From a virus (lineage: Duplodnaviria > Caudoviricetes), in the IMG/VR virus record IMGVR_UViG_3300020045_002833, positions 1 to 25,657 of that record: 25,657 bases of DNA; one strand, 5' to 3'. The position numbers were made by a program, and so were the translations under genes. The notes beneath the pieces are model-generated. The model had not been told where the DNA came from and did not search any database. It saw only the letters and a program-made list of their open reading frames with translations. This document shows, piece after piece, positions 25,150 through 25,657 of this stretch (position 1 is the first letter of the stretch; each line of letters starts with the position of its first letter).

Positions 25150-25657
25150 CTTGAACCTCCTTTTTCATTTCCTCTTCCATTTCTTTGATGAATTCCGCTT
25201 CGTCTGGCGTTACGATCTGGCTTGAAGTAACTCCTTCGATTTCAGCGATTGCTGCCGACTTCCAGAAAATCTTCCCAATCGGAGCAGTCCAGATTTCCGC
25301 CTCTGTCATGTTCGTTTTAAGCTCCAAGAATGACGCAACCGAGAGCAGTGCCGGTGCCCGCATTGGCTCACCGTTTTTTGATTCCCAAAAGATTGGGCGA
25401 GAATCAAAGTCCTTGAGGTAAGCGCGAAACTTGGCGAGTTCCTGGGCAAACGAAACACGCTTGCATTTGTGCGCCCAAAACGTCCGCCTGAACCCCTCTA
25501 GTGAAACTCTTCCAGCCTGCAAATCCTCATACTTCGATGAGCAAACCAAAACCGCAGCGAGCAAGTCTTCTTGAGTCGGATTATCTCCGAAATATGCCGC
25601 GTTCTGGTCGAGAGAGAGAAAGAATAAGTCATACAGACAGAACGGGTGAAGACGCCG
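25142..25657 (-). CDS. Pre-tape-measure protein (tail assembly chaperone-like), 5'-truncated by window
   Basis: Frame is open from the last base (RRLHPFCLYDLFFLSLDQNAAYFGDNPTQEDLLAAVLVCS...); MTEAEIWTAPIG motif; overlaps TMP start. Confidence 0.65.
   Translation of the reverse strand, partial: RRLHPFCLYDLFFLSLDQNAAYFGDNPTQEDLLAAVLVCSSKYEDLQAGRVSLEGFRRTFWAHKCKRVSFAQELAKFRAYLKDFDSRPIFWESKNGEPMRAPALLSVASFLELKTNMTEAEIWTAPIGKIFWKSAAIAEIEGVTSSQIVTPDEAEFIKEMEEEMKKEVQDG

Noticed and set aside
1-25657. CRISPR array, tRNA, integrase/att site, stop-codon recoding
   Set aside because: No repeat-spacer pattern, cloverleaf or recombinase noticed; genes tile the window under the standard code.

Overview
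The whole window is tailed-phage (Caudoviricetes) late-gene DNA, almost entirely on the minus strand and tightly coupled (many TAATG/ATGA overlaps). In transcription order (right to left): a long-tail (sipho-like) module with a pre-tape-measure protein, 518-aa tape measure protein and tail-tip proteins; a ~680-bp accessory insert with a structured RNA region and two tiny convergent ORFs; tail/baseplate, Ig-like, Tad2/DUF2829-like fusion, DUF6734-like glycosyltransferase and tail fibre genes; a lysis cassette (holin-like, a lipoprotein missing from the ORF track, GH75 chitosanase-like lysin); then a short-tail (podo-like) block: terminase large subunit, portal, scaffold, SU10/DUF5309-type major capsid protein, adaptor, tail proteins and Gln-rich ejection-type proteins running off the left end. 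The main oddity is a tape-measure tail module joined in one reading direction to a podovirus-type head/ejection module, with different translation-start signatures on each side: either a hybrid/nested phage or a chimera joined in the tail fibre gene. All family assignments come from recalled motifs, not database searches. A PVC-group (Verrucomicrobia-like) host is a weak inference.
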